DNA of 64,000 bases from Candidatus Culexmicrobium cathedralense (GCA_025061115.1 JANZKC010000002.1:352001-416000), one strand, 5' to 3'; numbered from the stretch's first letter, positions 10,062 to 21,358 are shown. Numbers and translations are program-made. Notes: generated by a model not told the origin, from the letters alone.

Positions 10062-10603
10062 AATTGAGAGTGGAAATTAGAATATGCGGATTAGGCGGGC
10101 AAGGAGTGATATTGGCTGGAGAATTACTCGGCCTAGCAGCAGTTCTAGAAGGAAAATACGCTACGCAGACAAGAAGCTATGGCTCCGAAGCTAGAGGCAG
10201 CGCATGCAAAAGCGACGTGGTAATCTCTGATGAAGCCGTACGGTACCCATTGATAGAAAAGTGCGACATCATGATAGCCATGAGCCAACCCTCAATCAAC
10301 ATCTACGCCAAAACCCTAAAGGAAAACGGAATACTGATATTCGATAGCGACCTAGTCAAGAAAGTCCCTAAAGAAATAGCTAGCGCCAAGCTCTATGGAG
10401 TGAAAGCAACAAGAATAGCTGAAGAAAAATACGCAAGAATAGTTGCTAACCTAATAATGCTCGGATTCACAGCCGAGCTAACGGGCATTGTTTCCGTCAA
10501 GTCACTTGAAGAAGCCGTAAAAAGCAGAATTCGAAGAATGGTTGATCTAAACATAGCAGCTCTCAGGGAAGGCGCAAAATTAGCCAAAGCGCAAAAACGT
10601 TGA
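10058..10603 (+). CDS. korC: 2-oxoacid:ferredoxin oxidoreductase gamma subunit
   Basis: GLGGQGVILAG, SYGSEARG, ANLIMLG; ATGA overlap with the beta gene. Confidence 0.9.
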   Translation: MKLRVEIRICGLGGQGVILAGELLGLAAVLEGKYATQTRSYGSEARGSACKSDVVISDEAVRYPLIEKCDIMIAMSQPSINIYAKTLKENGILIFDSDLVKKVPKEIASAKLYGVKATRIAEEKYARIVANLIMLGFTAELTGIVSVKSLEEAVKSRIRRMVDLNIAALREGAKLAKAQKR

Positions 10604-11341
10604 AATCAATTCTTCAATAGCCAAAAAGTACTTAGCGTAAATCGCAGCAACAAACATGATGATCACCAGAGCTAGAAAAGCGTAATCCCTCCGCTCAAGC
10701 TTAAGTTCCCTCAAACTCGTCCTTTTAGGAGAAGCTCCGAAAGCTCTCGATTCCATCGCTTCAGCAACCCTAATAGACTTCCTAATAGCGCCCACGATCA
10801 GCGGAACTAGAATTGGAATAAAATTCCTCAATCTCCGCAGGAAGCTTCCCTTCTCAAGTTCAAGCCCCCTCGACCTCTGAGCATCCATTATCAACTGTGC
10901 TTCCCTCGCTAAAGTAGGCACGAAGCGGAGAGCCATAGTAAACGTGAGAGCAAACTCGTACGGAATCTTAAGCTTAACTAAAGCTTCAGCAAAATCCTCA
11001 GGATACGTCGTCAAGAAGAATATGGAAAAACAGGAAATTATGAGCAAAAGCCTAATACTCATTGCAAGAGCTCTCTCAAAACCTAAAGTGATAAAATTAA
11101 CTACAAAAACTATACCTACCAAAAACAGCGAGCCCTGAAGCGTCTTCAAAAACTTCCTCACTGCCTTGGCGATATAAAACAGAGGCAAGCTCGACAAAAA
11201 CAGAACTGAAAGCGTCACTGTGTGGGTGAAAATCATAGCTAAAGTGAAAATCGCAATTGAGTATGCCAGCTTAACCCGGGGATCCAATCTATGAATAAAC
11301 GTGTCTCCCCTCTTAAATTCGAAGCCCGCTAAAATCCTCAT
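10580..11341 (-). CDS. ecfT: ECF transporter transmembrane component T
   Basis: HRLDPRVKL, ALRFVP, AQRSRG, AMESRAF. Confidence 0.92.
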   Translation of the reverse strand: MRILAGFEFKRGDTFIHRLDPRVKLAYSIAIFTLAMIFTHTVTLSVLFLSSLPLFYIAKAVRKFLKTLQGSLFLVGIVFVVNFITLGFERALAMSIRLLLIISCFSIFFLTTYPEDFAEALVKLKIPYEFALTFTMALRFVPTLAREAQLIMDAQRSRGLELEKGSFLRRLRNFIPILVPLIVGAIRKSIRVAEAMESRAFGASPKRTSLRELKLERRDYAFLALVIIMFVAAIYAKYFLAIEELISTFLRFG

Positions 11342-12219
11342 TAATACTTAACCCCCAGAACTCGCAGTATAGCATCCCTAGCCTCCGAAACCCACATCAA
11401 GTCTTTCGGCACCCCAAGGTCCGATAACTCCCAAGCCACTTGGGTTATCTGTGGGGGAGTAAGCCTAGCCCTCCTGATCAAATCCGAGTCAGTTAATATT
11501 CTCCTAGTGCTTCCATCAGCTATAATTTTACCCTCCGACATTAACACTACTCTTGAGAAATTCTCAGCTACAAACTCGACGTCGTGCGTAACGACAACAA
11601 TAGTTTTTAGCTGCGACTTCAAAAGCTTAATAAGCTGAGCCAGCCTCTCCTTTTGAGCATAATCCTGCCCAACTGTAGGCTCATCGAAGACGATCACGTC
11701 CGGGTCATAGCTTAAAATGGATGCTATTGCAACTCTTTTCCGCTCCCCCCCGCTTAGCGCAAATGGAGATTGATCTTTAAGTTCATACAAGTCGAGCAGC
11801 TTCAAAACCCACTCAACCCTTTTCTTGATAACGTCACTTGGAAATCCAAAGTTCTTCAAGGCAAACGCGATCTCCTCTTCAACAGTCTCGGAGAAGAGCT
11901 GATGATCTGGATTTTGGAAAACCAATCCAACCCTGCGAGAAAGCTCGGCTACAGAAGCATTCCTAGTATCCACTCCAAAGATCTTCACATACCCCTTACT
12001 CGGCTTTAAAAGCCCATTAAAATGCTTAATTAAAGTAGTTTTTCCAGCGCCATTCTCTCCCATTATTGCCACAACTTCACCGGGCTGAATCTTAAGTGAA
12101 ACTCCACGAAGAGCAACCACTTCCTCATAGCTGTACCAAACATCATGAACTTCAATCACCGCGCATAACCTCCAAAATAGCTCTGCGAACTTCATCGGGC
12201 GTAAGCGGCGTGAACCCAA
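11341..12219 (-). CDS. ecfA2: ECF transporter ATPase
   Basis: GENGAGKT, FQNPDHQLF, LSGGE, FDEPT; likely start GTG 12159. Confidence 0.92.
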   Translation of the reverse strand: MGSRRLRPMKFAELFWRLCAVIEVHDVWYSYEEVVALRGVSLKIQPGEVVAIMGENGAGKTTLIKHFNGLLKPSKGYVKIFGVDTRNASVAELSRRVGLVFQNPDHQLFSETVEEEIAFALKNFGFPSDVIKKRVEWVLKLLDLYELKDQSPFALSGGERKRVAIASILSYDPDVIVFDEPTVGQDYAQKERLAQLIKLLKSQLKTIVVVTHDVEFVAENFSRVVLMSEGKIIADGSTRRILTDSDLIRRARLTPPQITQVAWELSDLGVPKDLMWVSEARDAILRVLGVKY

Positions 12220-13018
12220 AATTCACGCCATGCTTCTTAAGCTCATTGTAAAGCTTGACAACCTTAGGGACGCCAATGCCAATAGCCTCAACCAACGGCT
12301 TACGCAACACATCCCTGGGGTGCCCATCGAGAACTATTTTACCCCGATCCATAATGACCACTCTATCTGCAACAGAAGCAACTGCCTCAAGCCTATGCTC
12401 AACCAAGACTATCGTTACGCCAAGCTTAACCTTGAGATCTAAAAGCAAGTTCAATACGTGAAGAGCACTCTCAGGGTCGAGATTAGCTGTAGGCTCATCC
12501 AGCACCAATATCTTTGGTTTCATCGATATACATGCAGCAATAGCAACCTTCTGTTGCTCCCCACCTGAAAGCTCATGCGGAGATCTATCCCTCAAATGTG
12601 CAATTCCAACCAAGTTCATTGCCTCTTCAACTCTAGCACGAACCTCCTCCCTTGGCAACCCCAAGTTTTCAGGACCGAAAGCCACCTCCCTCTCGACAGT
12701 TAAGAGGAAAAGCTGAGACTCAGGATCTTGAAAAACCATTCCAACCATCTGAGCTAAGGTGCTAGTAGGAGTTTTTTTAACCGAAAATCCCGCAACGTAA
12801 ATATCCCCCTCAAGAGCACCTCTATAGAAGTGGGGAATTAAGCCGTTTAAGCACCTGCAAAGCGTGGTCTTGCCGCATCCGCTAGGCCCAGTTATCACCA
12901 CGTACTCCCCCGCCTCAATCGACAAGTCAATGCTCCTAATTGCAGGCTTGCTCGACCCGGGATACGTGTAGGTTACCTTGCTCATTTCAATAATCGGCAC
13001 TTCAAACCCCCCAAGCAA
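12152..13018 (-). CDS. ecfA1: ECF transporter ATPase
   Basis: GPSGCGKT, FQDPESQ, LSGGE, LDEPT; likely start GTG 13000. Confidence 0.92.
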   Translation of the reverse strand: MLGGFEVPIIEMSKVTYTYPGSSKPAIRSIDLSIEAGEYVVITGPSGCGKTTLCRCLNGLIPHFYRGALEGDIYVAGFSVKKTPTSTLAQMVGMVFQDPESQLFLLTVEREVAFGPENLGLPREEVRARVEEAMNLVGIAHLRDRSPHELSGGEQQKVAIAACISMKPKILVLDEPTANLDPESALHVLNLLLDLKVKLGVTIVLVEHRLEAVASVADRVVIMDRGKIVLDGHPRDVLRKPLVEAIGIGVPKVVKLYNELKKHGVNFGFTPLTPDEVRRAILEVMRGD

Positions 13019-13038
13019 GCGAAAAGCAGTTATAGAAC

Positions 13039-14022
13039 TCAGCTCAGCTTTTCAATTAGCATTTTAACGCAAATATCTAGCGCCTCCTCCGGATCACCTA
13101 CTCCATTTGCCCCAGCAGCAGTAGCATGACCTCCACCAGCGCCACCTATCAGCTTTCCCACGAGCTCCATCAAGTCCCTTCCAAGATGTATACCAGTTTC
13201 ACTATGGAATTTGCTCCTCGCCCTAGCACTAATTCTCAGTGAAGCTTCATCACCACCAGCAACAAATGCTACATCAGCGCCCAATTCAATCAACGCTCTA
13301 GCAGCTGAAGCTTCAAATGAACCTACATGCGATGCAACAATAATCCAATCCTTAACTCTATAAATTTTAAGTCTCTGAGCAGCCTTCAACCTAGCAATTC
13401 TTTCCGACGCATCCATGGGCGAGTAAAGCACGCCAAGAGCAGTTGAGTAGTTCGCACCAGCATCAATTAAGTCAGCTGCAGCCCTAAGGGTACTTGGCTT
13501 TGCATTAACGAATCTTCTAGAATCATAAAGCATGCCAACAAGCAGAGCTAACGCTGAAAATTCATCTATCTCCATTGAAAGATCGCAGTAAAAAGAGTAA
13601 ATTATTTCGGCAGTTGATGACGCATTTTCATCAACTATTAACAGCGAAGCCTTTGATGAAACATCAGGGTGAGGTGAGTGATGATCAATTACAATTAAAG
13701 GCGAAGGATAATTTTGAACCTTACTGGACAGCGCGCCCAACTGAGCAAATGAGCAAGTGTCCACCATAATTAGCAAATCACTTGAATCGAAGTCACTGTA
13801 AATTTCTAGTTTAGGCAGCAATTCAATCAGCCTCCTAGAGGGCAAGCTGATGCTTTCCGGAGCCACTATGCTGAAATCTAATTCGGGAAGTATTTTGGAG
13901 AGCAAAGTTGAAAGGGCATATGCGCTTCCAATGGAATCTGGATCCGCATTATGGTGACAAAGAATAATGCAGCTCTCAGGTCGAATTTCAAGAATACAGT
14001 CCCTAAGCTTTGCACCTAGCAT
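13039..14022 (-). CDS. DHH-DHHA1 phosphoesterase (NrnA-like, exosome superoperon-associated)
   Basis: HHNADPDS, VDT, IDHH, GMLYDS, GGGHATAAG. Confidence 0.88.
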   Translation of the reverse strand: MLGAKLRDCILEIRPESCIILCHHNADPDSIGSAYALSTLLSKILPELDFSIVAPESISLPSRRLIELLPKLEIYSDFDSSDLLIMVDTCSFAQLGALSSKVQNYPSPLIVIDHHSPHPDVSSKASLLIVDENASSTAEIIYSFYCDLSMEIDEFSALALLVGMLYDSRRFVNAKPSTLRAAADLIDAGANYSTALGVLYSPMDASERIARLKAAQRLKIYRVKDWIIVASHVGSFEASAARALIELGADVAFVAGGDEASLRISARARSKFHSETGIHLGRDLMELVGKLIGGAGGGHATAAGANGVGDPEEALDICVKMLIEKLS

Positions 14023-14326
14023 TGCTGGAAAACTCCCTCAGCATCTTATCAACGACTTTGAATGCTTCGTCAACTGCTACTCTAACAATGTCATCGACAT
14101 CAACCTTGCATAATGGCGATAACGCAACATCAACATCGACGTTAAATGTGAGAACTTCTTCAAAGGACGCCTCAACAGTTATGTTCAAATCTAAAATTGC
14201 CCTTTTAGGAATCCTCGAAAAAATTATTCTTCTAGCAGCAAGTTCAGCTGCTTTGCAGACAGCTATTATTTGATCTTCTGTTAACTGGGGCAAGCCTATG
14301 CGCTCTATCTCCATCAGTGAATTCAC
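14003..14326 (-). CDS. DUF3194-like conserved archaeal protein
   Basis: IGLPQLTEDQI..VC.AAE.AAR..I pattern; usual position between pfdB and the DHH gene. Confidence 0.7.
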   Translation of the reverse strand: MNSLMEIERIGLPQLTEDQIIAVCKAAELAARRIIFSRIPKRAILDLNITVEASFEEVLTFNVDVDVALSPLCKVDVDDIVRVAVDEAFKVVDKMLREFSSNARCKA

Positions 14327-14700
14327 TCCTTAGTCCCGCTAAGCCCAGCCGTCGACAAGGTCTTACTAATATCCTTCCTCAGATCCTCAAACTGCTTTCT
14401 AATTAGGCTCTCCTGCTTTTGAACTGTCTTTATTCTGAGCTCCAACGTTTCTTTCTTGTCCGTGAGCTCATCTACAACCTGCTTCTTCGTTGTTCTGAAC
14501 ATTATGTAACCAGCAGTCTTGTAAATTTCAGCATCTTGATCAAGCTTCTCGACTTGCTCTAAAGCATGCTCAACCTCCATCAACTGACTTTCAAGCTGCT
14601 GCCTCCTTAGAATCAGCATTCTAAGCTGCTCTTGTAGCTCTTGAAGTCTAATAAGCTTGCTTTCAATTTCAGGCGGTATTCTCTGCGTCAAATCATGCAC
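14323..14700 (-). CDS. pfdB: prefoldin beta subunit
   Basis: coiled coil, IPPEI, EIYKTAGYIM hairpin; superoperon context. Confidence 0.9.
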   Translation of the reverse strand: MHDLTQRIPPEIESKLIRLQELQEQLRMLILRRQQLESQLMEVEHALEQVEKLDQDAEIYKTAGYIMFRTTKKQVVDELTDKKETLELRIKTVQKQESLIRKQFEDLRKDISKTLSTAGLSGTKE

Positions 14701-14746
14701 CTCACTGCCTTAGCTTTAACATCTGAAGTTAAAATGTTTGTCGCCT

Positions 14747-15016
14747 TTATAAGCGTAAGCTTGAAACTTCCCGCAGGCTTCTTGAGACAGCTGAAATCCA
14801 CCTCAAGTAGGAGTTTACCGCTGCTCTCAAAGCTGCCGTAGAATCGGCCTTCAACTCAACAAGAATAAAGCGCCCATCCAAGTCCAGGCGGACGGTAACT
14901 CTCGGCGAGGACTGACTTTCAACTTCTGGCTCCAAAGCTCTAAAAATAACTTCAGCTAAGTCCTCAGACCCCACGTCAAGCTTAAATTTAGCTTCAGCCC
15001 TCCACAATTTCCCCAC
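14747..15016 (-). CDS. pcc1: KEOPS complex subunit Pcc1
   Basis: ALEPE...RV...ADSTAALRAAVNSYLRWI. Confidence 0.88.
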   Translation of the reverse strand: MGKLWRAEAKFKLDVGSEDLAEVIFRALEPEVESQSSPRVTVRLDLDGRFILVELKADSTAALRAAVNSYLRWISAVSRSLREVSSLRL

Positions 15017-15605
15017 TCCAAGGACTAAACGGCTTTTTAAGCGTTAGCCAAGCGCTCTTAACATTTATTAGTGGACCAATGGGAACCCCAAACTTATCCG
15101 TGAAAAGAATTCTGCAAAAACCGTTACTCTTTGGAACAAGCCTCAAAATAGCTGAATTAGAGGTAAGATTATTGAGAAGCTCACTTGAAACGACTTCAGC
15201 ATTAAGAGCAGCACTTAGAGCCTCAGCAAAAAGGACAACTTCGCTACTGGATCCTGCTTGAGGCAGTATGAAAAGGCTAGATGGATTCATAGACTTTGCC
15301 CGCGGAAACTCTCTAAGAAGCTTCACGCCAGCAATGTTGATAGTTGGAGGAAGCTCATAAAAGCTTCTACTCGACACTGAGAAAAACCTAATTCTACCAG
15401 GATTCCCTTTATAAACAGATATTAAGATGACTCTATTGGCACCAAGCTCAATAGCCTTAAGCGCAACGTCACTTAAGCTCATCTTGCCCCTATTAATCTT
15501 AATCGCTCTGGGAAGAGCTTGCTGCAAATCCTTACAAAAACTTCTCGTCCTTCTAGTTGGTCGCCTTGAAGTCGTTATGAGATATTTGTACGGCATTACT
15601 GACAC
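14994..15605 (-). CDS. Brix-domain (Imp4-like) ribosome biogenesis protein
   Basis: ITTSRRPTRRTRSF.KDL, NRGKMS, KGNPG. Confidence 0.88.
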   Translation of the reverse strand: MSVMPYKYLITTSRRPTRRTRSFCKDLQQALPRAIKINRGKMSLSDVALKAIELGANRVILISVYKGNPGRIRFFSVSSRSFYELPPTINIAGVKLLREFPRAKSMNPSSLFILPQAGSSSEVVLFAEALSAALNAEVVSSELLNNLTSNSAILRLVPKSNGFCRILFTDKFGVPIGPLINVKSAWLTLKKPFSPWSGEIVEG

Positions 15606-15850
15606 TAGCGACTAACTTTGCCAGTTAATGGAACGTATGCTCCCCCAGCAAACGTATATTTGCATTTCCTGCAAGTCCATATTCCAACACTGATGCGCTT
15701 AAGCTTCCCCCTAGTTCTACACCTAGGACACCTATGAGGGGCACGCCTAGCTTCCTCAATTTTCTTAACCCTCAATCTGATCGTTGATCCATACCTAGCC
15801 CCATATCTCCCTGCAATACCGACTTTCCTTGTTCTACCCACACCAATCAC
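15605..15850 (-). CDS. rpl37ae: 50S ribosomal protein L37ae (eL43)
   Basis: GRYGARYG, CPRC, GIWTCRKC, FAGGAY. Confidence 0.96.
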   Translation of the reverse strand: MIGVGRTRKVGIAGRYGARYGSTIRLRVKKIEEARRAPHRCPRCRTRGKLKRISVGIWTCRKCKYTFAGGAYVPLTGKVSR

Positions 15851-15852
15851 CC

Positions 15853-16701
15853 CTAAGACGAGCCTTTAAACTGCTCATAAGCCTCAAGAAGTTTACTCCT
15901 CAACTCCTTACCCTTCCCTATAGCTAAGTCAACGGCCTTTAAAATCTCCTCTGGAGTAAAAACTCCAGAAAAGCTCTTCTGCAAAGCACACGTATTTCCA
16001 TCCCTAGTTGTAAAGATAGTTAACCTGCAGTCCAAGACGCTTTCCTCCTCAAGCGACGGGTCCACTATGAGAGAATCGCCAATCTTCCCAATAGTGACCG
16101 CGATCGGATAATCCCTCAATTGTAATGGCTTTCTCTCCTCAGTTATAATTACCTCATCCCCCTCCACCTTAGCTACTGGGATGCTCGTGTTCATTAAGGC
16201 TGCAAGAGCAGCCAGAGCAGATGCATCCATCAAATTGCCATTGTAATCAAGCACGTAAATGTCAACCCAAATCATCCAAACCTTCTTTCCTGGAATTATG
16301 CAAAGCTCCTTCAAGTCCAAGGCTTCACTCTTCCTTATTCCCCTATCAACAACTCTAGCCAATTCAATGGCATTTTCATCTGGAGGTCCAGGCTCAAAGG
16401 ATGGAGATGCAAGTGGAACAAACTCCGCATTAACCATTAAAACTCCTTCATCAGGAGTGTCCGGAAAAGGCATTCCAATTTCAGCTTTCACTCCAACCAT
16501 CACGTAAGTATTTCCAATTTTAACTCCTGCAGACCCATCAGCCTTGCCTGCAATGCCAAACTCTATTGAAATTGGCCTATAATCACTTAAGCTCCTACCA
16601 TCAATTCTAGCTCCCTTAGAAGCTAAATCAAGCAAGTACGCCCTATTCAAATTAACTGGCACTTTACTTATCACCGCTAACCTCCTCCTGAACTGCTCCA
16701 A
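15853..16701 (-). CDS. rrp42: exosome complex component Rrp42
   Basis: [40 protein letters not shown]; likely start GTG 16674. Confidence 0.95.
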   Translation of the reverse strand: MEQFRRRLAVISKVPVNLNRAYLLDLASKGARIDGRSLSDYRPISIEFGIAGKADGSAGVKIGNTYVMVGVKAEIGMPFPDTPDEGVLMVNAEFVPLASPSFEPGPPDENAIELARVVDRGIRKSEALDLKELCIIPGKKVWMIWVDIYVLDYNGNLMDASALAALAALMNTSIPVAKVEGDEVIITEERKPLQLRDYPIAVTIGKIGDSLIVDPSLEEESVLDCRLTIFTTRDGNTCALQKSFSGVFTPEEILKAVDLAIGKGKELRSKLLEAYEQFKGSS

Positions 16702-17425
16702 ACTTCCTCCTCAAAGCCTCCTTTTGAAACTCATAAATCTTCTCACAAGCCAAAATAGCCATTTTAAATGCCTTCTCAAACTCCTCTCTAGTCAATATCC
16801 CATCCATTTGCAGAAGCGTAACCACTCCTTTACTCGGCATGTATGCTACTGGCATGTCAACTTCACCATACTTATCCTCAGCATCGCACAGATCAACAAC
16901 TAGCTGCCCATCAACTTTTCCAGCAGCACAAGCTACAACCAGATCCCTCATGGGAATCCCAGCATCAGCTAAAGCTACTGACGCAGCAGTAACGGCTGCG
17001 CATCTAGTACCTCCATCAGCTTCAAGCACTTCAACGAAAACGTCAATTGCAGTTCGTGGAAAGCGATCAAGCAAAATTGCTGGCTCCAATGCTTCTCTAA
17101 TCACTTTGGAAAGCTCTATCTCTCGTCTTGAAGGAGCCGGAGACTTCCTCTCCTCAACTGAGAAGGGAGCCATATGATACCTGCATCGAAGAAGAGCTCT
17201 ATCCGGTAGAGCCAAATGCTTAGGATGAAGTTCTCTCGGCCCATAAACTGCGACAAGCAACTTATTCTTTCCCTGCTCAATATAAGCTGATCCATTAGCG
17301 TTAGCTAAAACGCCAACTTCAATCTTTATAGGTCTAAGCTCATCAGGCTTTCTACCATCAACTCTCAATCCGCGTTCATCAATAAGCACAGGCTTTCCCC
17401 CACTCATACTACACATCAACCCCAA
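16664..17425 (-). CDS. rrp41: exosome complex exonuclease Rrp41
   Basis: [40 protein letters not shown]; likely start ATG 17407. Confidence 0.96.
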   Translation of the reverse strand: MGLMCSMSGGKPVLIDERGLRVDGRKPDELRPIKIEVGVLANANGSAYIEQGKNKLLVAVYGPRELHPKHLALPDRALLRCRYHMAPFSVEERKSPAPSRREIELSKVIREALEPAILLDRFPRTAIDVFVEVLEADGGTRCAAVTAASVALADAGIPMRDLVVACAAGKVDGQLVVDLCDAEDKYGEVDMPVAYMPSKGVVTLLQMDGILTREEFEKAFKMAILACEKIYEFQKEALRRKFGAVQEEVSGDK

Positions 17426-17481
17426 TGCAATTAATTAGCAGGCTAAACCAATTAGTTACATCAACAATATAAGTTAAGCGC

Positions 17482-18198
17482 TCAACCTCCATCAACTCTG
17501 CCCTTCTCCTCTTTTATCATCTTACGAACCCTCTCAGTTAAACCCGGAACCTGAGCTTCCATCTCAATCTTCCTAATCACCTTAATTGCAATATCCTCGT
17601 ACTTAGCATTCTTAGCTGAAACCCACACCCTACCATTCTGCCCAACAATTATTTGGCAGCCCAGCTCCTTCTTAATCATGTTGATCATCGAACCTCTCCT
17701 TCCAATTAGCCTCGGAACTTTCGTTGGAGAAATTTCAAGCAGCCGCCCACCCGATAACTTCCCATACCCCTTTCCCTTAGTTGTCAGCATGGGATTCCTA
17801 GTTTTATCGAAAACTATAACTTCGCCTACAATCACATCGCCAACATCGTAGTACTTTCTAATGTTTTCCTTAGCTGGATCTATGGGTTTGGGGAGAGCGT
17901 CTATCACTTGAAGAGTGGCTAAGTAAGGCGAGTTTATGTCGACTTGCCAGCTGGTCGGCGTGTAGTCGTATATTACTCCAATTACGACGTCACCCACCTT
18001 AGGCATATAGCAGCCCTTCAATGCAATTACACTAACAACTTTATTCTTAATTTCAGCAAGCCCTACAACAGAGGAGTATATCTTCTCGCCATCCTTATAC
18101 GTATTTGGACCAGCTTCAAATTTACCCTCAGCCAGCAATTCTCCCGGAAGTACAAGCTTCCTCCTATCCACATAAATTGCCAATTTACTTCCTCCCAA
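17482..18198 (-). CDS. rrp4: exosome RNA-binding protein Rrp4
   Basis: [17 protein letters not shown]1 domain, [14 protein letters not shown] domain, VGQNGRVW. Confidence 0.95.
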   Translation of the reverse strand: MGGSKLAIYVDRRKLVLPGELLAEGKFEAGPNTYKDGEKIYSSVVGLAEIKNKVVSVIALKGCYMPKVGDVVIGVIYDYTPTSWQVDINSPYLATLQVIDALPKPIDPAKENIRKYYDVGDVIVGEVIVFDKTRNPMLTTKGKGYGKLSGGRLLEISPTKVPRLIGRRGSMINMIKKELGCQIIVGQNGRVWVSAKNAKYEDIAIKVIRKIEMEAQVPGLTERVRKMIKEEKGRVDGG

Positions 18199-18901
18199 CT
18201 TGACCTACTATTTCTACTTGAGCTTCACCCTTTGAAATTTCATTTACTTTAGATATAAATGAAGGCTGCAATCCCGCAGGCATTTCCACTTCACAGAGCC
18301 AACTTCCATCTGAAAGCCACTTTGACTGCTTAATCGAGCCGAAGCGAGAAACAACTCCATAAGCTCTACCAGCACATGTAGGTGGAAACTTGACTCTAAT
18401 GATGACATTTGCAATTTTCAGAGGAAGCACAACTCTCAAAGCCTTAATAACCGTCACAGCCTGCTCCTCGGCGTCTTTAAATGGGTCTATTGGAACTCCA
18501 ACCTCCTCCATGGCTAACTCAATTCTCTTTGGAGGGTGAGGAAGCCCAGTTCTCGGGTCAATGCAATTTCTAGAAATAATGCTAATTATCTGCCTCTTCT
18601 TCGCCTCAATAAGCTCACGCCTCTGCTCAGCAGTAAGCTGAAGCTCGCCCTTCTTTATGATCACCTCAGCAATCTTGTAGATGTCATCAGTTCCGAAAAC
18701 CTTTAAAATAGAAGCCTCCGAAGCCTTCAGACCCTTGCGGGCATCCTTATAAACTATTTCGCTTACCAGCACATCTCTTAAGTCAACATCCCCGCCTGAC
18801 TTAAACTTCCAAGCCAAATCAGGATCAACTAATATCTCAAACCGCTCTCCTTTGAAAGAATATCTTGCAATTACTGCCTTTTGCCCACTCACCCGCATCA
18901 C
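18185..18901 (-). CDS. ribosome maturation factor SBDS/Sdo1
   Basis: [34 protein letters not shown]. Confidence 0.95.
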   Translation of the reverse strand: MMRVSGQKAVIARYSFKGERFEILVDPDLAWKFKSGGDVDLRDVLVSEIVYKDARKGLKASEASILKVFGTDDIYKIAEVIIKKGELQLTAEQRRELIEAKKRQIISIISRNCIDPRTGLPHPPKRIELAMEEVGVPIDPFKDAEEQAVTVIKALRVVLPLKIANVIIRVKFPPTCAGRAYGVVSRFGSIKQSKWLSDGSWLCEVEMPAGLQPSFISKVNEISKGEAQVEIVGQVGRK

Positions 18902-18918
18902 CCATTTAAGAGCAAAAA

Positions 18919-19644
18919 CTACTTGGAAGTTGCCTTGCTAATCCACTCAGCGATCTCCTCTCGAGACAGCTTCCTAAACTTCTTTTCCTTTACGTTAGCA
19001 ATACCAATTTCAAGCTTTTCAGGCTCAAGAGAGCCCTCAACAACAGGCATGAGGGCCTTTACAGCTAGCAGGATAGCTTCATCTAAAGTTAGTTCCAGCC
19101 TGTAGTTCTTCTCAAAGAAGTCGGTTACGGGCTGACTTCCAGCCCCAATAGCCCTAGCCAAGCAGCCTGCATAGGCCCCGCTAGGTTCAATTATGAAAAG
19201 CTTCGGCCCATTCTCATCCACGCCAGCAATCAACAGTGAAACGCCAAAGGGCCTCACTCCGGCATGCTGAGTATAAAGTTGCATTACATCACTAATTCTC
19301 CTCGTTAGAATCTCAACATCAATTGGCTCATCATAAAGCAACCGATTAATTTGAGCTTGAGTTCTAGCTCGATCAATTAAAACTCTAGCATCTGAGGGAA
19401 AACCAGCATAAGTAACTCCAATATGCTCATCAACCTTGAAAATCTTCTCAATAGAGTAGAGATCAATTAATGGAAATAGCTTCCTCTTCTCAGCTACAAG
19501 CACAACTCCCTCAGGACACTTAATGCCTAAAGTTGTAAAACCCTTCCTTACAGCCTCCATAGCATACTCAACCTGAAAGAGACGGCCATCAGGAGAAAAT
19601 ATGGTTATTGCCCTATCATATCCCATTCCAGGCGGTGTAAACAT
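18919..19644 (-). CDS. psmA: proteasome subunit alpha
   Basis: [28 protein letters not shown]. Confidence 0.97.
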   Translation of the reverse strand: MFTPPGMGYDRAITIFSPDGRLFQVEYAMEAVRKGFTTLGIKCPEGVVLVAEKRKLFPLIDLYSIEKIFKVDEHIGVTYAGFPSDARVLIDRARTQAQINRLLYDEPIDVEILTRRISDVMQLYTQHAGVRPFGVSLLIAGVDENGPKLFIIEPSGAYAGCLARAIGAGSQPVTDFFEKNYRLELTLDEAILLAVKALMPVVEGSLEPEKLEIGIANVKEKKFRKLSREEIAEWISKATSK

Positions 19645-19990
19645 TTAATTCACCTCCAGCACTAACTATCCTCCGCTTTTAAATCTAGTTACACTGAAAA
19701 TCTTTAAAGCAATAAGTTTTACGGCAAAGCCAAGCAAGGCCGGTCACGAATAAGAATTATTGGCGCAGCACCTTAAACCCATGATCTAATCAAAAGCAAT
19801 GACATTAGCTTCCGACTCATCATCGCTCCATTTAAAAACTAAATGAAATCCTGCCAAAATTTAAGGCCAGCCTTCGCATCATCATGCACAGCTCATGAAC
19901 ACTCTAAAATACTGGAAAAACCACTATAACATGTAGCTGCCAAGCACATAACCACAATAAGATGGGCAGGCAACTCGAATTGCAAATCAG

Positions 19991-20512
19991 GTGAATAATA
20001 TGCGAGAAATGCTAATTCCATACCCCTACACCAAAAAGGGATTATATATACGCATAGCGGAGGTCATCCTATCGACAGCAGTATCCTTCTACCTTCTATT
20101 CAATACCATTCTAATAGAATTCATAATAAGCTTCCTAATGACGTTCCCAATTTCCTACATCATTCTATCAACATTCAACATTTTAAAGACCAAGAAAATA
20201 TCTGATAAATTAAATGATAAGCAAAAATATATAAAATCTAAGCATAAAGGTGAAACATACTACAAATTTCTTGTAAAAATAATTTTGATAACCATAGCGC
20301 CATTCATAATAATTATGATAAGCCCAATAATAGGCTTAGGCACAATACTTGGCTTTATATGCGCCCACGGATTTTCCGAAATAACGCACTACGCATACGT
20401 TAAAAATGTTGAAAGAAGACTTGGAGGCAGACTTTACCACTTTATATCAATAACCAGCATCAATGGATACTATTACACTGGATTTAAGGTTGTGAAACAT
20501 TTAGAAGAGTAG
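19991..20512 (+). CDS. hypothetical membrane protein (about 4 TM segments)
   Basis: 173-aa hydrophobic, AT-rich ORF, convergent with and overlapping the end of the ABC operon. Confidence 0.65.
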   Translation: MNNMREMLIPYPYTKKGLYIRIAEVILSTAVSFYLLFNTILIEFIISFLMTFPISYIILSTFNILKTKKISDKLNDKQKYIKSKHKGETYYKFLVKIILITIAPFIIIMISPIIGLGTILGFICAHGFSEITHYAYVKNVERRLGGRLYHFISITSINGYYYTGFKVVKHLEE

Positions 20513-21356
20513 TATGCTGAAAAGTTACGGGAGTATTACCAAACCTAGTTTTAACATAAACCTCAAAAACTAGAGATGCCTTCACCACTCCATTAACAAC
20601 ATTTCTCTTCAGCTTGAAAATGGGCACCTCAATCATTACAGTTCTACGCAAAGTCTCCAAGGGCCTTGAAACAAGCGGCGAGCCGTAAAAGTTCTCGCTA
20701 TAAACTCTGGCAACCTCGCCGCCAAAATAAACTTTATAAACAATCATCGAAAACTCGATGGCCCTAGCTCCCCTATTCACAACGCTATACGTAAGATTAA
20801 GGAAAGCCCTATCCACCTCAACATTAATCTGAATGTCTTCCACGTCTATCTCCAAAAGCTTGATGGAGTAGACCTCAAGGCTATAGTCGATGTAATTATT
20901 AATTAGTAAAGCGAATAACAGTAAGGTGAAAATAAAGTACCCAACCTTAAAGTACTTTGAACCATCAATTATAGTTGAAAGGTAAATTCCAATTGGGATG
21001 AAAATTAATGATAGGGGTGTAACTACCATCAAGATGTACATCAAAGCATTTCTGGATGAATAAATTGTAACTAGCTCTGCAGCCAAGCTACCAATGTTCA
21101 TTTGAATTGGTAACCTCACCAATACAACGGTCAAAATAACGCTTAAAACTGCAGAGGCCATATAGCCAAGAAAAGCTAACTTCAAGTCCTCAACCATATA
21201 GCCATAAATTAAGGAGAGAACGCTGAAAACCGAAGCATAAAACAGTGATTGCACATCTATTCTACCAACAAAAATGTAATTGAATAAGATGTAGGAAAGT
21301 GATAGCGAATATAGCAAGTTAATTAAAATTGTGAAGAAGCGCCCTTTCCAAGTCAT
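20484..21356 (-). CDS. hypothetical membrane protein (N-terminal TM bundle plus C-terminal beta-rich LEA2-like domain)
   Basis: about 5 TM helices, then a beta-strand-rich domain; starts 2 nt after the permease stop. Confidence 0.7.
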   Translation of the reverse strand: MTWKGRFFTILINLLYSLSLSYILFNYIFVGRIDVQSLFYASVFSVLSLIYGYMVEDLKLAFLGYMASAVLSVILTVVLVRLPIQMNIGSLAAELVTIYSSRNALMYILMVVTPLSLIFIPIGIYLSTIIDGSKYFKVGYFIFTLLLFALLINNYIDYSLEVYSIKLLEIDVEDIQINVEVDRAFLNLTYSVVNRGARAIEFSMIVYKVYFGGEVARVYSENFYGSPLVSRPLETLRRTVMIEVPIFKLKRNVVNGVVKASLVFEVYVKTRFGNTPVTFQHTTLLNVSQP

Positions 21357-21358
21357 TC

